Source: Peptococcaceae bacterium BRH_c4b
GTDB taxonomy: Bacteria > Bacillota > Desulfotomaculia > Desulfotomaculales > Desulfocucumaceae
Reading direction: 5' to 3'
Length of the DNA stretch: 32,000 nt
NCBI GenBank assembly: GCA_000961595.1
Contig: LADO01000057.1
Span: 4,991-36,990 of the forward strand
Shown: positions 1-6,967 of the stretch, one piece after another
Layout of the letters: each line of letters starts with the position of its first letter
How positions within the stretch are numbered: position 1 is the stretch's first letter
The notes under the pieces: model-generated
What the model was told of the DNA's origin: nothing
What the model saw: the letters and a program-made list of their open reading frames with translations, nothing else
Database searches by the model: none
Made by a program: the position numbers and the translations under genes

Positions 1-396
1 ATCGGTGCTCCCATCGCCATCATAGATAAACGCAGGCCCGAGCCTAACGTGGCCGAGGTGATGAACATAATCGGGGCTATCCAGGGTAAGACGGTAATCA
101 TGATTGACGACATCATTGATACTGCCGGGACAATTAACCAGGGCGCCCTCGCACTTAAAAAATGGGGAGCCGGGGATATCTACATTTGCTGTACCCACGC
201 TGTACTTAGCGGTCCTGCCTTGAGTCGCCTCCAGGAAGCCCCCATCAAGGAAGTACTGGTCACCAATACCATAGTAGTCCCCGCTTCAAAAATAATTCCC
301 AAAATGAAGGTTCTTTCCGTAGCCCCGCTACTGGGCGAGGCCATCATCAGGATTCATGAGGACTTAAGCGTCAGCAAGCTCTTTGACGACAAATAA
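1..396 (+). CDS. prs: Ribose-phosphate pyrophosphokinase, C-terminal 131 codons (5' end outside window)
   Basis: Frame 1 is open from base 1 ([25 protein letters not shown]...). It contains the PRPP-binding loop [13 protein letters not shown] and stops at 394-396. The ORF-track start at 49 is only an internal Met. Confidence 0.9.
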   Translation: MGAPIAIIDKRRPEPNVAEVMNIIGAIQGKTVIMIDDIIDTAGTINQGALALKKWGAGDIYICCTHAVLSGPALSRLQEAPIKEVLVTNTIVVPASKIIPKMKVLSVAPLLGEAIIRIHEDLSVSKLFDDK

Positions 397-416
397 AGAA
401 CAATGTGATTCAAACG

Positions 417-460
417 AAAAAGGGACAGTTTGCCTTGTTTTAGCAAACTGTCCCTTTTTC
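417..460. terminator. Bidirectional rho-independent terminator between prs and the convergent PRC-barrel gene
   Basis: AAAAAGGGACAGTTTGC (417-433) pairs with GCAAACTGTCCCTTTTT (443-460). The 12-bp stem is flanked by an A-run and a T-run, so it reads as a terminator on both strands. Confidence 0.75.
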
Positions 461-501
461 GTTTGCAATCAACAGTGCTGTATCAGCGGATAAAAACTAT
501 T

Positions 502-1443
502 TTACTTCAGTTTTGTCCGGGGGCTGTACGGCGTCTTCTTCCCTAACCCCGCTGCCTCCTCCGAAGGCGGGTTTTCCGCAGTTTGCTGGGCTACCGTAAC
601 TATTGAGGCCGGCAGGTCTTCTATAGTTTCCTGCCCCGCGCTATCTTTTGCCGGCGGGGGGGCATCAATCGATATTTTTTCAGCTTTCTCCCCATGTTTT
701 CCGTTGAGACTGTCTCCGCAGCAGTGGCAATGTTCCCCTTGTTTTTCGTCTTCTTCCGAAGAACGGTATGTTTCGTTTTCGGTGGTCTGTTCCCCGGAGC
801 ATTTTTCTTCTCTTTCCTTTTTTACCTTGTCCAGGGTTTTGTTCAAGCTACTTCCCAGATCCCTGGTTTTTTGAACGGTTGTCGTCCAAAACTGGCCTGT
901 GGATTCCCGTAATCCCCGGATTTTTTCCTGGAAGCCCCCGTCCATTTTGATTATGTTTTCCAGAGCGTCGTTGCTGCAGATAATCACTTTTTTCCCGACA
1001 GTCCGGACATGGTTGATGTCCAGGAACGCGCTGCCCTTCATCCAGGTACTCAAAGGGCCGCCGCTGAATTCAAAGCCGACTATGTCGCCGCTTTCCAGGT
1101 CTACATAATATTCGTCCACGTTGCCCAGAGCAGTGCCGTTTTCGGCAATCAATTTCGAGCCGGCGATTTCGTGATTTTCATTCAGAAGTTCCATGATTTC
1201 AGGCAGGCTGACGCCCTTTTCCGCATTTGACCTGCGGTCTATGGTAAGAGCATCATCCCCGATGCTGCGGACTTTGCTGAAGGGAATGAATTTTAAATCC
1301 TTGAACCAGCCCTTCTGTTCTATAATCAGGGCGGCCACTGCTTTTTTAGCTGGGTTTACCACCAATCCCTTAATGGAGCCGACTTGCTGGCCTTCAGCCA
1401 GGCTGATCACCGGCATGGACATAAACTGCTTGCTTTTGCGCAT
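502..1443 (-). CDS. PRC-barrel domain protein (two PRC-barrel-like modules) with a long acidic low-complexity C-terminal tail
   Basis: 313-aa ORF. ATG 1443 is preceded by AAGGGGGG 7 nt upstream. 'PVISLAEGQQVGSIKGLVVNP' and 'GSKLIAENGTALGNVDEYYVDLESGDIVGFEF' resemble YlmC/YmxH-type PRC-barrel modules. It is the only well-supported minus-strand gene. Confidence 0.7.
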   Translation of the reverse strand: MRKSKQFMSMPVISLAEGQQVGSIKGLVVNPAKKAVAALIIEQKGWFKDLKFIPFSKVRSIGDDALTIDRRSNAEKGVSLPEIMELLNENHEIAGSKLIAENGTALGNVDEYYVDLESGDIVGFEFSGGPLSTWMKGSAFLDINHVRTVGKKVIICSNDALENIIKMDGGFQEKIRGLRESTGQFWTTTVQKTRDLGSSLNKTLDKVKKEREEKCSGEQTTENETYRSSEEDEKQGEHCHCCGDSLNGKHGEKAEKISIDAPPPAKDSAGQETIEDLPASIVTVAQQTAENPPSEEAAGLGKKTPYSPRTKLK

Positions 1444-1561
1444 ATATTGACCCCCCTTACATTCATTTCATAATATTGCTATGCTGGAGCGATGATATAT
1501 ATGACCAGAAAAAGGGAATACTAAAGGAAACAAACGGTACTTTTTGGGGGGAGGTTTTTCT

Positions 1562-2179
1562 ATGTCCGATTATGGCATTAGTGCCGAAATGCGCAGTGGG
1601 AGGGGTAAAGGCTACCGCCATGAGCTGCAGGAAAAGGGAATGATCCCTGCTGTGGTTTACGGCAGGGAACTGGGCAGCATCCCGGTGGCAGTAGACGCCA
1701 GACAAGTGGAGAAGATACTGTCGTCAGGCGCCGGCCGCAATACGCTGATCAATTTCCAGGTCACCGGTGACGGGGGAGCCTATACCGTTATGCTTAAGGA
1801 CATTCAGTACAACCCGGTGCGGCGGGAGGTTGTTCACGCCGACTTTCAACAGGTTAACCTGAGTGAAAGGATTAATACGGCCATACCGGTTGTACTGGTG
1901 GGTGAAGTTACAGAGGGGGTATTGCAACAACTCAAGAGGGAACTGGAAATATCCTGCCTGCCCGCTGAAATTCCCGAATCCATAACCGTTAACATTGCCG
2001 GCATGGCCCCGGGCAGTGCGCTGAAAGTTTCTGATCTGGTCATCCCTCCGGGTATCAGGGTGCTGGATGATAGCAATGAAATTTTGGCTACGGTGCTGAG
2101 CAAAACCGAAAGAACCATGGATTTGGATGTGCCTGATGAAAAAACTCCTGCTGAGGCTGTGAACGGCAAAGAAGAATAA
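1562..2179 (+). CDS. ctc: 50S ribosomal protein L25 / general stress protein Ctc
   Basis: 'RSGRGKGYRHELQEKGMIPAVVYG...NTLINFQV...VMLKDIQYNPVRREVVHADF' is the L25/Ctc signature. I chose ATG 1562 (GGGAGGT 6 nt upstream) over the ORF-track TTG at 1544. Confidence 0.9.
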   Translation: MSDYGISAEMRSGRGKGYRHELQEKGMIPAVVYGRELGSIPVAVDARQVEKILSSGAGRNTLINFQVTGDGGAYTVMLKDIQYNPVRREVVHADFQQVNLSERINTAIPVVLVGEVTEGVLQQLKRELEISCLPAEIPESITVNIAGMAPGSALKVSDLVIPPGIRVLDDSNEILATVLSKTERTMDLDVPDEKTPAEAVNGKEE

Positions 2180-2220
2180 AAAAACAAACAGATCTAAACA
2201 TAATATACTACAATACTATC

Positions 2221-2250
2221 CCCGCCGGTAATTTCCCGGCGGGTTTTTTT
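2221..2250 (+). terminator. Rho-independent terminator of ctc
   Basis: CCCGCCGG (2221-2228), loop TAATTTC, CCGGCGGG (2236-2243), followed by T7. Confidence 0.8.
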
Positions 2251-2384
2251 GCGTACTGCAAGGGGATGGGCAGGGTTTTACTATATTGCCTCTGTCAGGG
2301 GTAACAGGCAGAGAATTTAAATGGTATATCAAGGCGATTTTACAATCGCCATATTTCATCATTATCTTGCAAAATGTTTTATTT

Positions 2385-2391
2385 TGTCGAA
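2385..2391 (+). promoter_or_regulatory. Perfect Spo0A-box heptamer TGTCGAA in the intergenic region upstream of the oxidoreductase remnant and kinase
   Basis: Exact TGTCGAA in AT-rich non-coding DNA. A single heptamer is weak evidence alone; see the finding on all five boxes. Confidence 0.3.
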
Positions 2392-2607
2392 AATAAATCT
2401 AAACCAGGCCGGTAAAACCTGCTGAAGGTATAGGATTGGCAATACTTACCTTGCCGTGCTGTCGATATTAATCGAATTTACCCGAACGAAAGTCATATAA
2501 ATAAGCAATAAATTGTTGTATGATACCGTAAAATACCTGTTATGTTAATGGCTGTTTAGCGGTATGCCCGGGGGGATGTAATTCTAAAAAGAAAAGGGGT
2601 CTGGAAT

Positions 2608-3166
2608 GTGAATGAAAACATGGACAGATCAGGCGGGAGACGTTATGGCAAGGAAAAGTACCCGTATGTTTTAGAATCCCGTAATATCGGTGCGGCCAAA
2701 CCTGTTAACAGAATTTTTTTCCCGGCCTGGCTACATGGGCCTGGCGGAGGGCGGGTGCGGAACGATTATAACCGGTTGCGCAGTGGTTTCTCCGGATACG
2801 GTTGCCTTTGACCGGGTAATGCGTATAGATAATGACCGGTTTATACCCGGGCTGAAGAGGCTGTTCGGGGATCTTCCCCATGTGGATATCGCTGCTGAGT
2901 TGAAAAAGTATGCCAGCGTGCCTGTATGCGCTGTTGGATCGGTGTTTACCCTGGAAGCGGCCGAGGCTATTGTGGCCTCGGGCAAGGCGGATTTTGTGGC
3001 CATGGGCAGGGCTCAGATGGCCGACCCTGCCATTGTGCGCAAATCTGCAGAGGGCCGGGATGCGGAGATAATAAAATGCCTCGAGTGCAATAAGTGCACA
3101 TTTTGGACTACCGGCGATCCGGAGGTTTATTGCAGCATAAATCCGGATTATCGGAATAATAATTAG
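2608..3166 (+). pseudogene. Decayed remnant of an Old-Yellow-Enzyme / 2,4-dienoyl-CoA-reductase-like NADH:flavin oxidoreductase
   Basis: Frame 1 (2608-) encodes an OYE-like N-terminus, 'KYPYVLESRNIGAAKPVNRIFFPA'. After the T-run at about 2711-2720 the similarity continues in frame 2 ('GLAEGGCGTIITGCAVVSPD', 'IDNDRFIPGLKRL'). It then jumps straight to the end of the barrel ('VPVCAVGSV...GKADFVAMGRAQMADPAIVRK') and the Fe-S motif 'CLECNKC...C'. The TIM-barrel core of roughly 170 aa and the C-terminal FAD/NAD domain are missing. Confidence 0.55.
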
Positions 3167-3178
3167 ACCAGGCGGAAT

Positions 3179-4822
3179 ATGGAGAATTTATTTAAAGCAT
3201 TAACAAAAATAGACGTATTATCCCCGCCCAAGCAGTATATCACAAAACTTTTGGAGGCAGTCTGTCAGCAATTGGGCTATTCCTTCGGTTCGGTGATTGA
3301 ACTGGACCATAATGGCCGGGGCTGGATGTTTGCCTCGTATAACCTGCCGGAAAACTATGTGCATACGGCAAACCAGGTGGCTCCATATATGTCCAGTCCT
3401 TTTGGAGAAGCCATTAAAACGGGAGAAATTGTTGTATCATGCGATCCGCTGAGTGAAAAACGGCTGGAGCCCTGGCATGAAATCATTGGGCAAAACAATA
3501 TCAAGACCATGGTATGGGTGCCCCTGCTAAATAAAGGCAGCGCCTTCGGAACATGCAACCTTTACGACATTCGGGTCAGGCAGATTGATGAGTTGGAATG
3601 GCATACCCTGCAGCAAATAGGGGTGACCATATCAATTGCCTTGGCCAGCAACCAATACCTGAATAAATTGAATGGTAAAACCAGGGAGCTTGAGGCGGAG
3701 GTTGCCAGGCGCAAGCAGGCGGAGAAAACCACCCACGAGAGCGAAAGGTTTTTAACAAACATTTTCACCAGCATCCAGGACGGCCTCTGTGTGCTGGACA
3801 CCCAGTACAACATTATCAGGCTTAATCATACCGCGGAAAAACTTTACGCGGGGAACCGGACAGTTATAGGTAAAAAGTGCTACCAGGTGTTGCGGGGGAG
3901 AGATGCCATATGTGACGGATGCCCGGCCATCAGAACCCTGGCCGGCGGCGAATCAGACCATGAGGTGCTATCCAATAAAAATGCCGCCGGAGAAATTACA
4001 GGCTGGTCGGAAATATACAGTTTCCCTTTAATTGAATCCCTAACAGGAAAGATCAAGGGGGTAACCCTGTATATTCGCGATATTACGGAACAACGTAAAA
4101 TGGAGCAGGAAATGTCCCGCTTTGAAAGGCTAAACCTGATCGGTGAAATGGCGGCCGGGATCGGGCATGAAATAAGAAACCCCATGACAACCGTGCGCGG
4201 TTTTCTGCAATTACTGGGTGGCAAAAAAGAGTGCTCTCTGTTCAAGGACTTTTTCGGTCTGATGATTGAAGAACTGGACCGGGCAAACGCCATTATTAGC
4301 GAGTTTTTATCCCTGGCCAAAAACAGGATGACTGAATTTAGCCTGCAAAATATCAATGCTATAGTAAACTCCCTGCACCCGCTTATTGATGCAGACGCCA
4401 TGAACATGGATAAGTATGTTGAAGTGAAACTGGAGGATGTTCCCGATCTATGGCTCGATGAAAAGGAAATGCGCCAGCTCATACTAAACCTTGTGCGTAA
4501 CGGGCTGGAGGCTATGGAGGGGGAAGAGGCACTGACCATCAGGACCTTTGCAGCGGAAAATGAGGTGATGCTGGCAGTAACGGACCGGGGCAGGGGTATT
4601 AAACCAGAAGTGCTTGAAAGAATGGGCACACCTTTTTTCAGCACCAAGGATAACGGCACCGGTCTGGGGCTAGCCGTTTGTTACAGCATCGCCGCCCGGC
4701 ACAATGCCTCCATTAAAATTCAAACTGGCAGCGAGGGCACTACCTTTACAGTGCACTTCCGCCAGTGCTGCCTGCCAGGGCAGCACCCAGGGCGCCAACC
4801 AATTGGGGATTTTTCGGTATAA
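3179..4822 (+). CDS. Cytoplasmic GAF-PAS sensor histidine kinase, orphan (sporulation-kinase-type H-box)
   Basis: 547 aa with no hydrophobic segments. It has an N-terminal GAF-like region, a PAS domain ('FLTNIFTSIQDGLCVLD'), H-box 'GIGHEIRNPMTTVRGFLQLL', N-box 'LILNLVRNGLEAM', and G-boxes 'DRGRGI' and 'GTGLGLAV'. No response regulator is nearby. Confidence 0.85.
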   Translation: MENLFKALTKIDVLSPPKQYITKLLEAVCQQLGYSFGSVIELDHNGRGWMFASYNLPENYVHTANQVAPYMSSPFGEAIKTGEIVVSCDPLSEKRLEPWHEIIGQNNIKTMVWVPLLNKGSAFGTCNLYDIRVRQIDELEWHTLQQIGVTISIALASNQYLNKLNGKTRELEAEVARRKQAEKTTHESERFLTNIFTSIQDGLCVLDTQYNIIRLNHTAEKLYAGNRTVIGKKCYQVLRGRDAICDGCPAIRTLAGGESDHEVLSNKNAAGEITGWSEIYSFPLIESLTGKIKGVTLYIRDITEQRKMEQEMSRFERLNLIGEMAAGIGHEIRNPMTTVRGFLQLLGGKKECSLFKDFFGLMIEELDRANAIISEFLSLAKNRMTEFSLQNINAIVNSLHPLIDADAMNMDKYVEVKLEDVPDLWLDEKEMRQLILNLVRNGLEAMEGEEALTIRTFAAENEVMLAVTDRGRGIKPEVLERMGTPFFSTKDNGTGLGLAVCYSIAARHNASIKIQTGSEGTTFTVHFRQCCLPGQHPGRQPIGDFSV

Positions 4823-5106
4823 TCACTTCGCCTTTTGCGACAGGGGACGGTTCTTAAAGGGGCCAATCGGAAGTTTTGCGCGTAAAAAGACTCAACAGGC
4901 GGGTGTTCACAGCCTGTTGAGTCTTAACAATATCTATGCGATAAAACTAACGTGCAAAATTTTTGATTGACCCAGAAGAATGAAGTCGCGACTGCCAAAC
5001 CTATGGGATTTCAATTCTTTGTTACTGCCTTTTGAGCTTTGACTCCCCCCATTTTTTTACATGCCACATGTATTTTTTCGTTGTTTTTTCATTAAACCGG
5101 CTTGAT

Positions 5107-5178
5107 TTAGGCATACCTTCCCCCTCCCCACATTGCAACGATGACAGATATGACGATAATTAAATGCTTTCTTCTCAT
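5107..5178 (-). CDS. Candidate 23-aa hydrophobic peptide MRRKHLIIVISVIVAMWGGGRYA (type-I-toxin-like; speculative)
   Basis: ATG at 5178-5176 is preceded by AGGTG (5190-5186) at 7-nt spacing. A TATAAT-like box lies about 75 nt upstream on the minus strand. The ORF sits in the core of the foldback element and is too short for the ORF track. Confidence 0.25.
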   Translation of the reverse strand: MRRKHLIIVISVIVAMWGGGRYA

Positions 5179-5319
5179 CAATAATCACCTAACCTTTCCT
5201 ATTCGTAAAATAAAAACCTTCATCTTTATACTAAAGCTGAAGGAGGAATTGCACATTATACCGGAGATATAGTTTTCTCTATCTTAAGTAATGCTTTTTT
5301 TGCGTCAGGAGAGCCAGTT

Positions 5320-5326
5320 TTCGACA
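5320..5326 (-). promoter_or_regulatory. Perfect Spo0A-box (TTCGACA on +, i.e. TGTCGAA on -) in the foldback core
   Basis: Exact heptamer in non-coding DNA. Confidence 0.25.
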
Positions 5327-5672
5327 TAAATTTAAAAAGTCCTTCTTTGTCCGAAAATATTTTTCACTAAATTTTAGATAATATATATGTGATTGCAAGA
5401 TATTCTTTTAATCACCGCGACTTCATTCTTCTGGGCCAATCAAAAATTTTGCGGATAGGTTTTGCGCATAGGTATTGTTAAGGCTCAACAGGCAGCGAAT
5501 GTCCGCCAGTTGAGCCTTTTTTCGTGCAAAACTTCCGATTGGCCCCTTTAAGAACCGTCCCCTGTCGCACCCCCTGTCGCACTCGAAGAATAAAATAAAT
5601 TCCGGATACACCATATTTATCCCCCAAGCATATTCTGGTTATATAACCGTAATTTTGTAAGGGGGTTAAATT

Positions 5673-5990
5673 ATGTCCGGCGAGAGTGAAATAAGCGGTT
5701 CCAAGGGAGATAAGTACTGCCCTCCTGGTATGACCAGTATGCTGGCGGACAGGATTAGGGAACTTGTAGGTCAACAGGCAACGGTTTACATGTATGATAT
5801 GGTATTGACAGGCATGGTTCACTATGTGGGCATGGATTATATGGAACTGCATGTGATGTACGACAACATGATGAGAATGGTGTTGATTCCTCTTTATTCA
5901 GTGATGGCCGTTGTGCCCGGTGGGCCACTGCCGGAGGAGGAAGTTGAACCCGCCGCACCTACTTGTCCGTCCACTCCGGGTATTCTCTAA
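5673..5990 (+). CDS. Hypothetical small Met-rich protein with Pro/Glu-rich tail
   Basis: 105-aa ORF. ATG is preceded by AAGGGGG 7 nt upstream. The core 'LVGQQATVYMYDMVLTGMVHYVGMDYMELHVMYDNMMRMVLIPLYSVMAV' loosely recalls small Sm-like/DUF2642-type spore-former proteins (unverified). Confidence 0.55.
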   Translation: MSGESEISGSKGDKYCPPGMTSMLADRIRELVGQQATVYMYDMVLTGMVHYVGMDYMELHVMYDNMMRMVLIPLYSVMAVVPGGPLPEEEVEPAAPTCPSTPGIL

Positions 5991-6012
5991 GAGTTCGTTG
6001 AAAAACTGCGCC

Positions 6013-6116
6013 TGGCAACTCAGTCGTCGGTTGTCAGGCAGCCGTCGTCAGGGGTTATAAACCGCAACCTTGTTTCCTGAAGGACCGATTCTATTCCGAC
6101 AGCTGACGACTTGCCA
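6013..6116 (+). other. Long imperfect hairpin with heptamer-periodic arms in the 3' region of the 5673-5990 gene
   Basis: TGGCA (6013-6017) pairs with TGCCA (6112-6116). AGTCGTCGGTTGTC (6022-6035) pairs with GACAGCTGACGACT (6098-6111) using 2 G-U pairs. GTC recurs at 6026/6033/6047, and GAC at 6098/6105. The hairpin is followed by CTTGTTTTTGA. Confidence 0.45.
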
Positions 6117-6176
6117 AGCTTGTTTTTGAACGGCCTATAGAATTATTCTCGATAAGTCTCCTAAGCGGTTGGTGGG

Positions 6177-6199
6177 GCGCCCCAGGTGGGGCGCTTTTT
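6177..6199 (+). terminator. Rho-independent terminator upstream of pth
   Basis: GCGCCCC (6177-6183), loop AGGT, GGGGCGC (6188-6194), then T5. It lies inside the ORF-track N-terminal extension of pth, which argues against the 6186 start. Confidence 0.65.
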
Positions 6200-6263
6200 G
6201 TTGGTTCAGCTTTACCTTATTGCTTACTGCCCGGGGGATATAGTAAAATTTGTTGAGGCGGGG

Positions 6264-6836
6264 GTGGAAATATTGTTTCTGGTGGCTGGTCTTGGCAATC
6301 CGGGGGGCAGGTATGAGCTTACCCGGCATAATGTAGGTTTCCGGGTGGTGGACAGGCTGGCAGGCCAGCTTGATACCAAGGTGACCAGGTCTATGTTCAA
6401 AGCCCTTTATGGTGAAGCCGTGGAGGGAACGCAAAAGATTATTCTGGTGAAGCCCCAGACTTACATGAACTTAAGCGGGACAACACTGTCGGCCATGATG
6501 AACTGGTATAAAATACTGCCCCGGGAATTACTGGTTATCTATGACGACATGGATCTGCCGGTGGGTAAAATCCGCATTAGAAATAAGGGCGGCCACGGGG
6601 GCCACAAAGGCATGATATCAATTATAGAACAACTGGGAACCAGCGAGTTTGCCCGCCTGCGTATAGGCATAGGCCGCCCGGAAATACCGGGCTACGATCC
6701 TGCCGGCTGGGTTCTGGGGAGATTTTCCGATGATGAAGAAAAAGCCATCAACGATGCGGTTATAAATGCCGCCGAAGCGGCAAGGCATATAATTAAAGAA
6801 GGCGCGGAAGCCGCCATGAACAAATTTAACCGGTAG
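6264..6836 (+). CDS. pth: Peptidyl-tRNA hydrolase
   Basis: 'LVAGLGNPGGRYELTRHNVGF...VKPQTYMNLSG...GHGGHKG' is the Pth signature. GTG 6264 has GAGG 5 nt upstream and gives 190 aa, the typical length. Confidence 0.9.
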   Translation: MEILFLVAGLGNPGGRYELTRHNVGFRVVDRLAGQLDTKVTRSMFKALYGEAVEGTQKIILVKPQTYMNLSGTTLSAMMNWYKILPRELLVIYDDMDLPVGKIRIRNKGGHGGHKGMISIIEQLGTSEFARLRIGIGRPEIPGYDPAGWVLGRFSDDEEKAINDAVINAAEAARHIIKEGAEAAMNKFNR

Positions 6837-6852
6837 CAATACCGGTTTTTTT
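6828..6852 (+). terminator. Terminator of pth (overlaps the stop codon)
   Basis: AACCGGT (6828-6834), loop AGCAAT, ACCGGTT (6841-6847), with the T-run extending to 6852. Confidence 0.7.
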
Positions 6853-6967
6853 GCTGTGTAAAAAAATTGTCAATAATTTATGTTTTTTCCATGTTAAATA
6901 TAGGATTTTATAGTTTTTTGTAGAAGTTATGCAAAAATAAATTTGAGGTACATATTTGAGGTATATA

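Larger units (their letters stand above)
4837..5568. repeat. 732-bp foldback element: two inverted ~154-nt structured arms (4837-4990 and 5416-5568) around a 425-bp AT-rich core
   Basis: The outer 43 nt are identical (4837-4879 equals the reverse complement of 5526-5568), as are the inner 20 nt (4971-4990 vs 5416-5435); the middle of each arm is diverged. Each arm has a 12-bp hairpin (4889-4900/4912-4923). No transposase is present. The terminal 10 nt CCCCTGTCGC are duplicated at 5571-5580. Confidence 0.75.

Noticed and set aside
3880-4659. Long antisense ORFs opposite strongly supported genes: 3880-4659(-), 8146-8670(-), 15508-16152(-), 29807-30292(-), 30344-30760(-) and 12052-12405(-).
   Set aside because: Each lies fully inside a gene with clear family motifs on the other strand (kinase, agrB, PrsA-like, ftsH, mfd). 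Their products are low-complexity (Ser/Pro/Arg-rich), have no SD, and match no family I recognise. They are typical shadow ORFs.
4704-5614. ORFs 4704-4970(+) and 5423-5614(-) share the peptide 'CDRGRFLKGPIGSFARKK', which looks like a duplicated small gene.
   Set aside because: The shared translation results simply from reading the two inverted arms of the foldback element in the same relative frame. Neither ORF has an SD. The first starts inside the kinase gene, and conservation is at the nucleotide and structure level.
6186-6263. N-terminal extensions proposed by the ORF track: pth 6186, ctc 1544, agrB 7964, yabN 17422, yabR 23763, ppx-like 24410, spoIIE 25410, ftsH 29517, yabQ 21183.
   Set aside because: The extensions cover terminators, promoters, repeats or the preceding gene, and they lack SDs. 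Downstream in-frame starts have good SDs and give N-termini that align with known family members.
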